Part shown: positions 11,365-23,869 of the stretch, one piece after another | Numbering within the stretch: position 1 is the first letter of the stretch | Layout of the letters: every line of letters starts with the position of its first letter | Source: Octopus vulgaris | Lineage: Eukaryota | Direction of reading: 5' to 3' | Length of the DNA: 64,000 bases | Assembly (NCBI GenBank): GCA_951406725.2 | Contig: OX597820.1 | Location: forward strand, 13,516,001 to 13,580,000 | The notes under the pieces: model-generated | Databases searched by the model: none | Seen by the model: the letters and a program-made list of their open reading frames with translations, nothing else | What the model was told of the DNA's origin: nothing | Made by a program: the position numbers and the translations under genes

Positions 11365-11843
11365 AGTTCACGATAGATTTAAAAATGAGGAAGATACAAA
11401 AAAAAAGGGAAAGCATAACAGAAGGGAAGAAATCAAAAGAAAGTCACAATAAACAAAAAGGAGAAAGTCAAATAAGTTTAGAAGAAAGTCAATAATTCAG
11501 GAACACGGCAAAAAATCTTCCGGCCATTCGGTACTCCCGGCCTAAGTTGAACCCGGAACGCCGCAACTGGAACACAACTTCCACAATAATTGGTATAAAA
11601 ATTGTTCAATCTTCGGAGGCAAAACACTCCCCCATACAGCAGTTCTCACAATTCTTAAAGTTCTTCAAAAGGCACAATACAAGCAATAATTCTCACAATT
11701 ACGTGAGAACACACACGTCTCCACTGCAAGGCAGACAAAAAAAGCTCCGAATCCAGTAAGGACTCCTTGCTAGTACAAAAAATAAAGCCTACAAGCAACA
11801 AATCCTACTGGACTCCAGAAACAGTAGAGCGTCTTTTAATTCA

Positions 11844-12670
11844 CCAGCTGCACCAGCGTGGTGACTTCAGTTCAATTTTCGCCAGCTGCAAACCAGCGTG
11901 GTGACTTCAGTTCAATTTTCGCCAGCTGCAAACCAGCGTGGTGACTTCAGTTCAATTTTCGCCAGCTGCAAACCAGCGTGGTGACTTCAGTTCAATTTTC
12001 GCCAGCTGCAAACCAGCGTGGTGACTTCAGTTCAATTTTCGCCAGCTGCAAACCAGCGTGGTGACTTCAGTTCAATTTTCGCCAGCTGCAAACCAGCGTG
12101 GTGACTTCAGTTCAATTTTCGCCAGCTGCAAACCAGCGTGGTGACTTCAGTTCAATTTTCGCCAGCTGCAAACCAGCGTGGTGACTTCAGTTCAATTTTC
12201 GCCAGCTGCAAACCAGCGTGGTGACTTCAGTTCAATTTTCGCCAGCTGCAAACCAGCGTGGTGACTTCAGTTCAATTTTCGCCAGCTGCAAACCAGCGTG
12301 GTGACTTCAGTTCAATTTTCGCCAGCTGCAAACCAGCGTGGTGACTTCAGTTCAATTTTCGCCAGCTGCAAACCAGCGTGGTGACTTCAGTTCAATTTTC
12401 GCCAGCTGCAAACCAGCGTGGTGACTTCAGTTCAATTTTCGCCAGCTGCAAACCAGCGTGGTGACTTCAGTTCAATTTTCGCCAGCTGCAAACCAGCGTG
12501 GTGACTTCAGTTCAATTTTCGCCAGCTGCAAACCAGCGTGGTGACTTCAGTTCAATTTTCGCCAGCTGCAAACCAGCGTGGTGACTTCAGTTCAATTTTC
12601 GCCAGCTGCAAACCAGCGTGGTGACTTCAGTTCAATTTTCGCCAGCTGCAAACCAGCATGGCGACTTCAA
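11844..12670. repeat. 40-bp minisatellite, about 21 copies
   Basis: Unit GCCAGCTGCAAACCAGCGTGGTGACTTCAGTTCAATTTTC; 19 identical copies over 11881-12640 plus variant end copies; no spacers. Confidence 0.97.
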
Positions 12671-12744
12671 CAGGCGAGTGAAGAACAACTAACGACCGGA
12701 ACCGGAAGCAAGCTTCTTACCACACTCGCGCCTAGTTATTATTT

Positions 12745-13120
12745 TATTCTATTACTTCAGCCATTTGACTGCGGCCTTGCTGGAGCACCACGTTTTAGTG
12801 GAACAAATCGACCCCCAGGACTTATTTTTTGTAAGCCTAGTACTTTTGCCGAACCGCTAAGTTACGGGGACGTAAACGCACCAGCATCGGTTGTCGAGTG
12901 ATGGTGGGAGGGGATAAACACTGGCACACAAGTACACACGCACACATATATATATATACATATACGACGAGCTTCTTTCAGTTTCCGTCTACCAGATCCA
13001 CTCACAAGGCTTTGGTCGGTCCCAGGCTATATTAGTCACTTGCCCAGGGGGCCATGCAGTGGGACTGAACTCGGAACCATGTGGCTGATAAGCAAGCTAT
13101 TTACCACACAGCCACACCTA
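12745..13120 (-). mobile_element. CORE-type SINE
   Basis: Reverse complement of the family at 6953-7378. Confidence 0.8.
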
Positions 13121-13149
13121 CCCTTATTTAGCTTTTTTTTTATCTTTCG

Positions 13150-13350
13150 CTTTTTTCACTCATGGGACTGCAGCCATGCTGGAGCACCGCATTGAAAGAC
13201 TTAGTCAACCGAATTGACGTCATTATTTATTTATTTATTTTTTAAGTCTGTTACGTATTCCATCAGTATCTTTTTGGCAAGTCGCTAAGTTACAGGGATC
13301 CGAACAATGTAACACCGGTTGTCAGGCGGTGGAAGGGACAACACAAACAT
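13150..13350 (-). mobile_element. Degenerate CORE-type SINE, 3' half
   Basis: GACTGCAGCCATGCTGGAGCACCGC and CGCTAAGTTAC blocks. Confidence 0.6.
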
Positions 13351-13529
13351 AAAGAAACACACACGTTGAGTAGAACAATACACATGCACACGCGCAGGTA
13401 CACACAACACATGCACATACACACAGCACACACACACACATATGCACGTACACACAAACACACACGTGCACACACATACACGTATACACACACACATGCA
13501 TGTACACACAAACACACGTACACACACAT

Positions 13530-13583
<54 letters not shown>

Positions 13584-14113
13584 TTGGTCAAAAGTCACCT
13601 GACAGTAAATCAGAACCATTTAATTCTAAGATTTATTTATGTTTAACAACTGAATGAATTTAATAAAAGCATCTAAATATGAAACATCATGAAAATTGTT
13701 CAAACTGAAGTCCTTCTTGAGCGATACATTTTTCCATTCGAGTCAATACAGAATTACAAATAGCATTTATGGAATTTTTATTTACTGTCGGATGACGTTT
13801 GGCTAACCCTGTATAAACATATATAGGACAGGCTACCACACAGTTTCCGCTTACTAAATTTACTCACAAGGCATTGATCGGCTACGATGCTGCAGACTAG
13901 GACTGAACCTGAAACCACGTGACTACAAAGTGGACTTCTTAACCATTCCTGAGTCTGAATCAAATATTTTAAAGAAAAAAAAAACGTTTTAGTTAATTTT
14001 GTAAATAATGAAGAATTTGAAATTTACTAAATATAAATATTTTGCCATTATCCTGGTGTTTGAAATAAAATTCAACAAATGTTAGATTCACGATTTTTCT
14101 TTTTTTGTAACAA

Positions 14114-14350
14114 GTGGAGGCGCGTGGCTTAGTGGTTAGGGTGTCAGCACCATGATCGTAAGATTGTGGTTTCGATTCTTGGACCGGGTGACGCGTTGTG
14201 TTCTTGAGCAAAACACTTCATTTCACGTTGCTCCAGTCCACGCAGCTGGCAAAAAATGAGTAACGCTGCGATGGACTGGCTGAGGAAGACATACGCCATT
14301 GAAACCGGGAAACCGGGCCCATGAGGCTGGCTAGGCTTTAAAAGGACGCA
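14114..14350 (+). mobile_element. tRNA-derived SINE, second CORE-like family (related decayed copy at ~25060-25270, minus)
   Basis: GTGGAGGCGCGTGGCTTAGTGG A-box, GTTTCGATTC B-box, GTGTTCTTGAGCAAAACACTT CORE-like block. Confidence 0.7.
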
Positions 14351-15780
14351 GAAAAGAAAGAACTTTATAACAAGCAATTTTGTAACAATGTACCAGAAGC
14401 TGCAGTATGTGTATTGCGGCATCGAAGAGGTTGAATAAGGAAAGAAGAAATCGTATTATACTATACTACATTCCAAAAACATGTTAACTGATCATCGGTC
14501 AACAAGACACATCAGTGGATGTTCTACAGCAGCCACATCACATTTGAAAGTGTAGACTTTTTGCCTTTTTATAGAATAAAATATTAGATACCAATGTACG
14601 AAAAAGAAAGAACTGAAAACTTATTTTAAAACAATAATCATTAAAATTGTTTTGACAATTACTAAGACAATTAAAACTTCCAAAAGTTAATGCCATGAAT
14701 TTAATTAATATCCGTGTTATTGATTGAAAATATAAAAGAAAATTCCAGCAACAATAATTTTAGTTTTGTGTTGTTTGTTTTTGTCCTGGTGGTAGTGGTG
14801 GAGTTTAATGAGTGAATTTCTGAACTGAAAACTAATTAAGCCAGCTCAATTAAAACTAAAATTATTCTTTATCTGTTTTCAAAACGGAAACAGTATGTGA
14901 AGCTGAAGAATAAGCTATCGCCTCTCAGGATCTGGATAATCTCCAGGACAGAATTCAGGAAGTATTAGTCTGTGGCAAGTAATTTTAAATAATGTATATA
15001 TAATCAGTCTGTGGTGAACGTACATATATGCATGTATATCTATAATGTGTATGTATGTATATATATAATATATATATATATATATGTATGTATATATATA
15101 ATATATATATATATATATGTATATATATGTGCTAGAGGTTGCTTGTGGATATGTATAAGTGTATGTGTGTGTGTATACATATAATTATGTATGATTGTGC
15201 GATTGATCTGTCGATGTGCGTGTGCGTATTTGCGTTTCTTGATTAACTAACCGTAAAATTTCTTTTGTGATTCAAATTTCAAACTACAAGCCAATCGAAT
15301 TAATCTAGAATAATCAATATCAAGCGGACAGAATAACTAAACTCATAGTTATTTCGATTTTGAAAGGATGGACTTGGTGCAAACATAACTGTATCTATTA
15401 TTATTATTAATATTAATAGTAATTTTTATTGACTTTTATAGGTTTATAATTTTATGAACTGAACTATGGTTTTTTATTATTTTTCAGGTATAGGTATGAT
15501 TTTACTTTAAATAGTAGTGCGCATACATCTCCCTATGTGTTAGTTTTTTAAAACTATTAGCCAAATATGTATAATAACTGTGCTTATTAATATTAATATA
15601 TACACTGATATATATTTTGTTTTATTTTGTTTTGTTTACCTTGCATTATTGTATCAATGAGTATTATATATGTGTAGCATTATGGAGTTTATGCACAAGT
15701 TTTTATATTTTACATTTTTATATTTTTATATTTATATGTATATGGAAAAATAATTTTTTCACAATTATAACAAATTAAAT

Positions 15781-15890
15781 TCTCTGAAGAGGCCGTGGGG
15801 CATCCTTGTTAATGCCTCATTTATACCTGCCTTTATGGCTTATAGGTTAAATGAGGTATGACTACCCTTACTGCCGAAACAGCTGTCAGA
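15781..15890 (+). ncRNA. Type I hammerhead ribozyme with long stem II (PLE pLTR remnant)
   Basis: TCT-CTGAAGA-GGC...GCC-GAAAC-AGCT-GTC-AGA: full catalytic core, palindromic stem III, GUC cleavage triplet. Confidence 0.8.
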
Positions 15891-16069
15891 TATGATATAA
15901 TTACATATTATATTTTATATTTATATTTCCTTGTCTATTTATATTTACTATATATTTTGTATAATGCCTTTACTGATATGTAATGGTGTAATAAAGTATT
16001 GATTGGGTATCATCTGATAGTTGATGTTTTATTGATTTAAGTATGTTTCTCCATTTTCTAATTTTGTAG

Positions 16070-16126
<57 letters not shown>

Positions 16127-17589
16127 TACATGCTGCGTATATATTCTGCGATGACATCCCTCACGCCGGACTTCTCTCTGATGACCTCGGTACTGATGTG
16201 CTCTCTCAACGAGATTTCAGGAGGACGATTGGGATCACGTGGATGAGAAAGGCGCCATCCAGAGAGGAGTGGACAGCGTGCTGTGGCCAGCGGTGTCAAA
16301 TGGACGCCCGACGGACTTATCGGCCAAGGTGATATACATAGACACAAAATTAGAAAACGAAGTAGATAAAATCTGGGCTACTTAAGTTCCATAGCTAACA
16401 GAACCTCGGAAGTTCCTGAAAGTTTTTATACCTTCTACAGACTGCTCGAAGCTTACTGACTTCCTACACCTTGATTCTTGCATCTTACCTTTATATATAT
16501 ATATATATATAATGTGTGTGTGTCGTAGCTTGCTATTCTTCTCCTCCTCTACATTAATTTGACAGGAGTGTCTTTCAATTCAGGAATAATATAGAAAATA
16601 GAACGCGTTGAGAAAGAAATTACTTACACCAGGATATACTTAGAGATAGTTACTTAAAGTAGTGTTAGAATACTGTTAAAATAAACTCAAGGTGACCTGA
16701 ATAGGCGTGAATTACACGATTGCTTTTCGTCAAAGCAACTCTACTTGAAAGGTATCGTACTATGTTAATGCTTCGATGAGAATAGAATTAACCACGAGAA
16801 CATGAATAAACTTTAAATTAACGACTTGCAATGTTAATACAACCAATCTTAAAGAGTATACTTTTGTAAACACAATTTGGATATAAAAAAGAAAAAAGAG
16901 TAAAACACCAAATGACCTGATCAAACCACTTATCTATTGACAGGCGCATTGATTCTCTTCGAAGTAACGGATCGAAGATAAGACATCTTATTACATTAAA
17001 TATCAACAGAAGCTTCATTATAGGCGGATTAAGTAGAGGACAAATTACCTATAAAACGGATGAGAATGCGGAGGCGGATAAAAGTTCAGCTAAGAGCAGA
17101 CAAACCGTTATACCTAATTTCAGAAAGAAGACAACATAATCTCGCTATGCTGTGATATATATAATGCGGCCAGTCAAATAATAGATACATAGTTCACATT
17201 CTGTCGGTGAATTTGCATTAGGTTTTCATCTCGAACTTGTTTAGAAAGAAATAAAGTGTGTGTGTGTGTGTGTGGATAGATCCAATATAGGCAGAATCAA
17301 CAAAAGATAGATAGATATTAATGGAATCAAATCAATAAGATTAAAGCGCTGGTTTAGAGTTTGCTGTAAAAAGAGAAAATAATATAAATTGCATATGAAA
17401 CACCAATGAACTCGTAAGGCCAGGGGGCAGTGCGATCCCAGAGTTAGAATCGATGCGTGACCTGGGAATTCCACATGAGCAGTGACGCAACATCCCATGT
17501 GCACATTGCCAGGATGACAACACTGTGCAGGCGAGTGCCTTTGCTATTCCTAGTTGTCCTCGGTCGTCTGGATTTCTGACCCCAACTGT

Positions 17590-18120
17590 GGCTGTCGCAG
17601 GGCGTCAAACTAGAGGCAGAACTTGAGGCAATCCGGCGCCACTATACAAAGAAGGTTGACCCGGTGAAACAGATGAGCTACTAGAAGCTACGAGAACTGA
17701 AGCTCTACTCCCTGGGGGGGGGGGGGAGACGAGAAAGGTAAGCAAGGATATACATAAGGAATATCCTGGAAGATCTAGAGCCCATCTTTGGAATTAAAAG
17801 CTATACCAACCACCGAACTGGGCGTCACTGCATAATGCCAAAGATATTGCCTTCTTCATCTCAGATAAGGACCCAGTATTGCAAGAGCTTGGGTTTCAGC
17901 GGAGCACAACTGTTTAAAATCCTGCAAAGGAACTTGAGAGATCTACAAGGTGTAGATGTGGAGACGTTCAAAAAGCACCTGGAATCCCAGATAAGCCCAC
18001 TTAGCGACAGGAAACACAAAGAAGAGCAACTTCGCCCAACTCGCTTCTTCACCGGAAACAGACCCAAAAACACTGAAAGGCGGCGTTCTAACATGGCTCC
18101 AGCCTCTGGATGAAACCAGT
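17590..18120 (+). mobile_element. Decayed 3' fragment of a CR1-like LINE
   Basis: LKLYSL, SLGFSGAQLFKILQRNLRDLQGVDVETFKKHL; homologous to the C-terminus at 48448-48830. Confidence 0.75.
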
Positions 18121-18347
18121 AAATGGATAGTGGTATAAATTTGTGCGTGTATGTGCGTGTGCTTATGTGTGTACGATTGCTTTCACATTCACTTTTAATA
18201 CATTTCAGTCAACAGGGACAGAAATGTGTTAATGACTGTTGTGTTTCCTCATAGGAGAACATCTTATCCTTACAGACGAGTATGTGTTCATAACTTACAC
18301 GATTCATTAGAGTAAGAGGTTCCTGGGATATCTGGAGTTTCCACATC

Positions 18348-18508
18348 CTTTCAAATTCCGCCGAGATCGACTTTGCCTTTCATCCTTTCGGGGTCGATAA
18401 ATTAAGTACCAGTTATGCACTGGAGTCGATATAATCGACTTAATCCGTTTGTCTGTCCTTGTTTGTCCTCTCTATGTTTAGCCCCTTGTGGGTAGTAAAG
18501 AAATAGGT
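18348..18508 (+). mobile_element. Meta-domain-like SINE, 5' truncated
   Basis: TCGACTTTGCCTTTCATCCTTTCGGGGTCGATAAATTAAGTACCAG block; tail ...GCCCCTTGTGGGTAGTAAAGAAATA. Confidence 0.7.
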
Positions 18509-18518
18509 ATTCTGGATT

Positions 18519-18903
18519 GTGGAAGCACTCCGTCGGTTACGACGACGAGGGTTCCGGTTGATCCGAATCAACGGAACAGCCTGCTCGTGAAATTAACGTG
18601 TAAGTGGCTGAGCACTCCACAGACACGTGTACCCTTAACGTAGTTCTCGGGGATATTCAGCGTGACACAGAGAGTGACAAGGCCGGCCCCTTGAAATACA
18701 GGTACAACAGAAACAGGAAGTAAGAGTGAGAGAAAGTTGTGGTGAAAGAGTACAGCAGGGATCACCACCATCCCTGCCGGAGCCTCGTGGAGCTTTAGGT
18801 GTTTTCGCTCAATAAACACTCAGAACGCCCGGTCTGGGAATCGAAACCGCGATCCTATGACCGCGAGTCCGCTGCCCTAACCACTGGGCCATTGCGCCTC
18901 CAC
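18519..18903 (-). mobile_element. Full-length tRNA-derived SINE (third family) with TSD
   Basis: Head GTGGAGGCGCAATGGCCCAGTGG..GTTTCGATTCC; TSD ATTCTGGATT at 18509-18518 and 18906-18915; near-identical to 25716-26105. Confidence 0.85.
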
Positions 18904-19399
18904 AAATTCTGGATTAGTGAATCTAACAAAAGACCGTGGCTCTTGTTTATAAGTTAAGCAAACAAATTATTTACTAATGTGTGCCAATATCTACCAACCG
19001 ATGACACATCGTCATGAGCATGGTGCACGTCTAGAATCCAAACGATGGTTTGCGTGTTTATTCTTGATGCATTTCAGCAGATTCGAACGTGAAAATGGTA
19101 ATCGTTGCTGTGCTTCGACAGAAGAAAAGAAGCTCTTCGAAATGAAAATTCATAAAAGTCTCGAATCAAAAGCGTTTACGTTTTGAAAAGTCTCAAGTAC
19201 GATGGTTTCAAACTAAAATGACATTTTTAAGTGGTTTAAAAATAACTTTGTACGTTGAAATGATCATCGTGAGGAGTCTTAAGAAAGAAACATAAAAACT
19301 TTTCATGTGTATCAGGCATTCAGTACTAAATTTGAAAGCAGTCTACTTCCATTCAATCAAATACAACAAAGTTAAAGTAACGTGTGTCTGTGTGTGTGG

Positions 19400-19740
19400 C
19401 TAAGTCTACGATAAAAGTAAAGCTATATGCATCGATTTGATGGAAGGAAATTTAAAGAAGCCTATGATATATATATGTGCAGAGATGTATATCTATACGT
19501 GTGTGTGTCTTTTTGGCTGCTTGTCCCCACCACCACCACCATCACCATCACCGCTCGACAACTGGTGGTGGTGGTGTATTTCTGTTCCCATAACTTTGCC
19601 GTTCGGCAAAAGATATCAATAGAGTAAGTACCAAGGTTTTTAAAAAAATACTGGGGTCAACACATTCGACTAAAAGTTCTTCAAGGCGGTGCCCTAGCAT
19701 GGCCGCTGTCTGAGTGAAACAAGTAAAAGATAAAAGCTGA
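19400..19740 (+). mobile_element. Degenerate CORE-type SINE
   Basis: GTTCGGCAAAAGA and GGCGGTGCCCTAGCATGGCCGC..GAAACAAGTAAAAGA. Confidence 0.6.
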
Positions 19741-19781
19741 AAGATGTGTATATATATATAGAGAGAGAGATAGGGAGATAT

Positions 19782-19962
19782 ACTCTTTTATACGTTTCAA
19801 TCATTTGACTGCAGCCATGCTGGAGCACCACCTTCAGTCAAGCAAATCGACCCCAGGACTTATTCTTTGTAAGCCTAGTACGTATTCTATCGGTCTCTTT
19901 TGCCGAACCAATATGCTACGAGAGTGTTAACACACCAACATCGGCTGTCATGCGATAGTGGG

Positions 19963-20045
<83 letters not shown>

Positions 20046-20205
20046 TACACGACGGGTTTCTTTCAATTTCCGTCTACCAAATCCACTCACAAGGCTTTGG
20101 TCGGCCCGAGGCTATAATAGAAGACACTTGCCCAAGGTGACACGCAATGGGAATGAACCCGGAACCAAGTAGTTGGGAACCAAGCTTCTTACTACACAGC
20201 CACAT
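19782..20205 (-). mobile_element. CORE-type SINE
   Basis: Full reverse-complement copy with internal microsatellite. Confidence 0.8.
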
Positions 20206-20795
20206 GTATGTATGTATGTATATATATATATATATATATATAATGGAATAAATATGAACATATATGACATTTATATATCTATACAACGCATTGGGAGAAA
20301 TGAATTCTTTCGGGAGCTTAAATCACAAGAGATCAGTAAAAGTTCGATTCAGGAATATTGTTAATGGTTGCGATATATGTTCGTATACTTCCGAAATAAT
20401 TTTGCGTGCGTATGTGTATGGTGTGTGTGTGTGTGTTAGCATTAATATTTGCTTTATGTCAAGTTATATATGAATTTAATTTAACATTAAGCTGAAGAAC
20501 TACTCGATACATTTTAGCAAGTACTTGTTTGTTAAACTTTTCCATGAGGAGCGGTGATAGCGACTTTGAAGTTTTGGTTTGCCATCCTTCTTCATATCGT
20601 CATACTGTCTGAAAAAGGTTAGCATGCCGAAGCTTCAATGTCACTGTCACACTCTACTTCTAAAAATTTAATACACACACACACACATATACACATACGT
20701 ATGTGTGTATGTGTGTGTACATGAATGTATATAATTGTATGTATATATGTATCTAATGATGTATATATGTATCTAATGATGTATATATGTATCTA

Positions 20796-20838
<43 letters not shown>

Positions 20839-21921
20839 ATATGCATATATATTTACTTACATACATATATATACATACATAGATGTATGTACATATGAAT
20901 ATATATACCCTGTATATGGATGGGTAGATAGGTAGGTAGATAGACAGACAGGTAGATAGATAGATAGATATATAGACAGACAGGTGGGTAGGTTGATAGA
21001 TAGATAGATAGATAGATAGATAGGTGGGTAGGTTGATAGAGAGATAGATAGATAGGTGGGTAGGTTGATAGAGAGATAGATAGGTGGGTAGGTAGGTGGA
21101 TGGATGGATAGGTAGATAGATGAGGGTAAAAATAAAGGAATTTTAGTCATTTAAGCGTTATTCTTTGGTTTTCTGAAAATATTTCAACGCTAAGATTATC
21201 CCACAAATACTTTTCGTATTCCCAATGTGTCTTTATTTCGTATTGAATACATAATGGCAGATACCACTTAACCAAGCAGAGTTTATTTTTAGTTTTTGTT
21301 TAAATAATTAAAGGTATTTAAATCTGACCGAGGTTATGGAGTTCCTTGGTTGGTGCAGAACTAAGATAAAACAAAACTGCATAACTTCTATGCAGTAGAA
21401 TTACAAATAAAATAGCAAGGGTCTAAGAGATAACCGAAATTACCTGACGATCTCGACTCTTGGGAACTTACCAACCTAGTCTTTGTAGCTCAACATCTCA
21501 AAGCAATAAAAATGTTAACGCTTACAGTAATAAATGACAATAAGTACGATAAACACGACTGGAAAAAGATGTATTAGGAAATATGAACAAAGGAAAAGAA
21601 CTGCTGCGAAGTAAATATAGATGTAAATAACAAACTTCACTTTCCTTAAGACTTTTAGAAGAATAAATATATATTGGTTTGAGTTTTCTCTTAAACTACT
21701 TGTATTAGATTTCCATTGATTTGTATCTTCAGATTAGGTATATGGGCATCGATAATGCTGTGCATATCTGACAAAGGAATCAATCTAATATTCTCCCTTT
21801 CACTCGCTCTGCCCTCCTCTCTCTCTCTCTCTCTCTCCACACGTACACACTCACATACATATTTATCTAGGAAGACTTGTCCATATGCATACACACACAC
21901 ACATACCTTGTATATATACAT

Positions 21922-21972
<51 letters not shown>

Positions 21973-22118
21973 TATATATGTGAGTATATATTTATATATA
22001 TATATATATACAAAATTAATACAAGCATATATATATATATATATATACATGCATATATATGTGAGTATATATTTATATATATATATATATATATATATTA
22101 TACAAAATTAATACAAGC

Positions 22119-22152
<34 letters not shown>

Positions 22153-22294
22153 GAGCCTTTGCAGATACATATATGTTAACATATATGCATGTGTGTGTGA
22201 ATGAATTGCTTGTGTTATTTGTGCAAGAATTTAACTCCCTCAAACCTACATTTTCCTGCACATAAAATTATTTTATAGCAATAAGAATACATAA

Positions 22295-22323
<29 letters not shown>

Positions 22324-22328
<5 letters not shown>

Positions 22329-22568
22329 GGTGTTCAAAAAGTCTCTCCGCAGTGAATTTTTTTTTGATCCTGCACATCACCATGGCGCTACTTCAAGAGT
22401 TTTTCAGTGAACAGATTATTTCGAAGGGACATTGGCCACCAAGATCACCTGATTTTAAGCCGCCAGACATTATTTTTTTTTACCTGGGGAGCAAGTAAAG
22501 GATCAGTTTACAAGAATCCACCGAAAACCACTAAATACTTACTGCGAAGAGACTTTTTGAACACCCTA
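22324..22568 (+). mobile_element. Tc1/mariner-superfamily deletion derivative (MITE)
   Basis: TIRs AGGGTGTTCAAAAAGTCTCT.CGCAGT / ACTGCG.AGAGACTTTTTGAACACCCT; internal remnant WPPRSPD..WG..K..VY. Confidence 0.75.
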
Positions 22569-22829
22569 TATATCGTTTACTTTTTTAATATATACATTTA
22601 TGTATGTATATACCAGCTTGCTCATTTTGGAACATCTTACGTTTTCATAGTCGTAACATTGGTTAATATAACGGAATGGTTTAAGGACAAATATGCTTCA
22701 TGAGAAACTGAATATTTTAAAACTCTGTATGTCTCTATATTCCCATGCCAATGTTTTAGAATACGTGTGCATATATACTTATGAAAATACATACATACCT
22801 ACATAAATATATATATATATATATATATA

Positions 22830-23100
22830 TTAATATAAGGGTATCAAAAAAATTCTAGAAAAAATTCTCCGCTACCAGCGGTCTAGTGGGAAAGAAAAGA
22901 TAGTCAAAGACTATATAATATACATTCAAAAATATAAGGAATGGCCCTACTAGGCCATTCGACTCACTAGAAAGAGCAGCCAAACTCAAACCGCTAAATA
23001 GTTGTAATTCTGAAATTGAAAGAGAAATAAAAACATTTACCCGTTTCATCTCTGGACTATGCATAGTTTCGACAAACTTTCGTAAACAAATTAATCAAAT
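22830..23100 (-). mobile_element. PLE pLTR-like fragment between (TA)n tracts with half a hammerhead
   Basis: Minus strand CGAAAC-TATGCATA-GTC at 23052-23071; plus-strand motif CTAGAAAGAGCAGCCAAA shared with the fold-backs. Confidence 0.45.
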
Positions 23101-23869
23101 TAAATTAAATTTATTTATATATATATATATATGTGTGTGTGTGTACGCTTATTTACATACATATATTTATTATATTTATATACAACGTAGAGAAATAAAA
23201 AGAAAGCACATTCTCAGCTTAAACTAAAACCGGAACTTTATGGAATAGAAAATAGAGCCCCTAACCAACTCCCTAAATAAGAACATCATCCGTAATTATA
23301 AAAAAAAATAGTTTGGCATACATATCTAAAATAATATATATACTGCAGGAAATATATAGAAAATTGTTCAGAAAGTGAAATTAGACAATAGATTTTATTG
23401 TATGCAAAGACGATAAGGCAAATACTGCTTCCGACAGTATATGCAAATTAATCTAATCGATTAGTGTACGTAGTGGATTGGAGGCAAATAGCGTTGGATT
23501 TCAGGAAGATTCAGAATCGGCTTAATTAATATGCTTATCTTAATTTGTATTAATTGTAAGATTATGGGGTTAAGCTATTTCCAGCAACAGAAGAATAATG
23601 CTATTATTATTACCATCAGTTAGTTTTGGAGCTGTAATTATAAGAATTACCCAGCTTCACCCATTTTGATAATATCGAATTATTCTTTATATCTAAAAGC
23701 CTATGGGTGTTGAGAGCTCTAGAATTTTCTAATTTATATAAGAGTGCAACTGACATGCGTGAGTAGATGCTTCCGAACAATAAGAAAATACAAATCAGCG
23801 ACAAAGACGCCATCTTTCTCTTTAAAAAAAATGTCAGAGTTCACAGATCCGTTTGTTATCTTTTATTTC

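Larger units (their letters stand above)
9973..12707 (-). mobile_element. ORF1-only Tx1-like element 4 with tandem-repeat 5' UTR and TSD of at least 11 bp
   Basis: GCAAGCTTCTT at 9962-9972 and 12708-12718; frameshifted ORF1 at ~10150-11364; no ORF2; ends in AATGAAATAA on the minus strand. Confidence 0.8.

Noticed and set aside
11844-12670. CRISPR array
   Set aside because: Units are contiguous and identical with no spacers, there are no cas genes, and the context is eukaryotic.
2674-12718. Strict target-sequence specificity of the Tx1-like elements
   Set aside because: The three TSDs share no consensus; two hit the CORE-SINE but at different positions, as expected from its abundance.
16176-16230. 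CTGATGA as a hammerhead core
   Set aside because: No paired stem II or GAAA; the region looks more like a decayed LINE fragment on the minus strand.
18830-18903. tRNA gene (also 26030-26105, 14114-14185)
   Set aside because: These are SINE heads continuing into repeat bodies; no proper acceptor stem.
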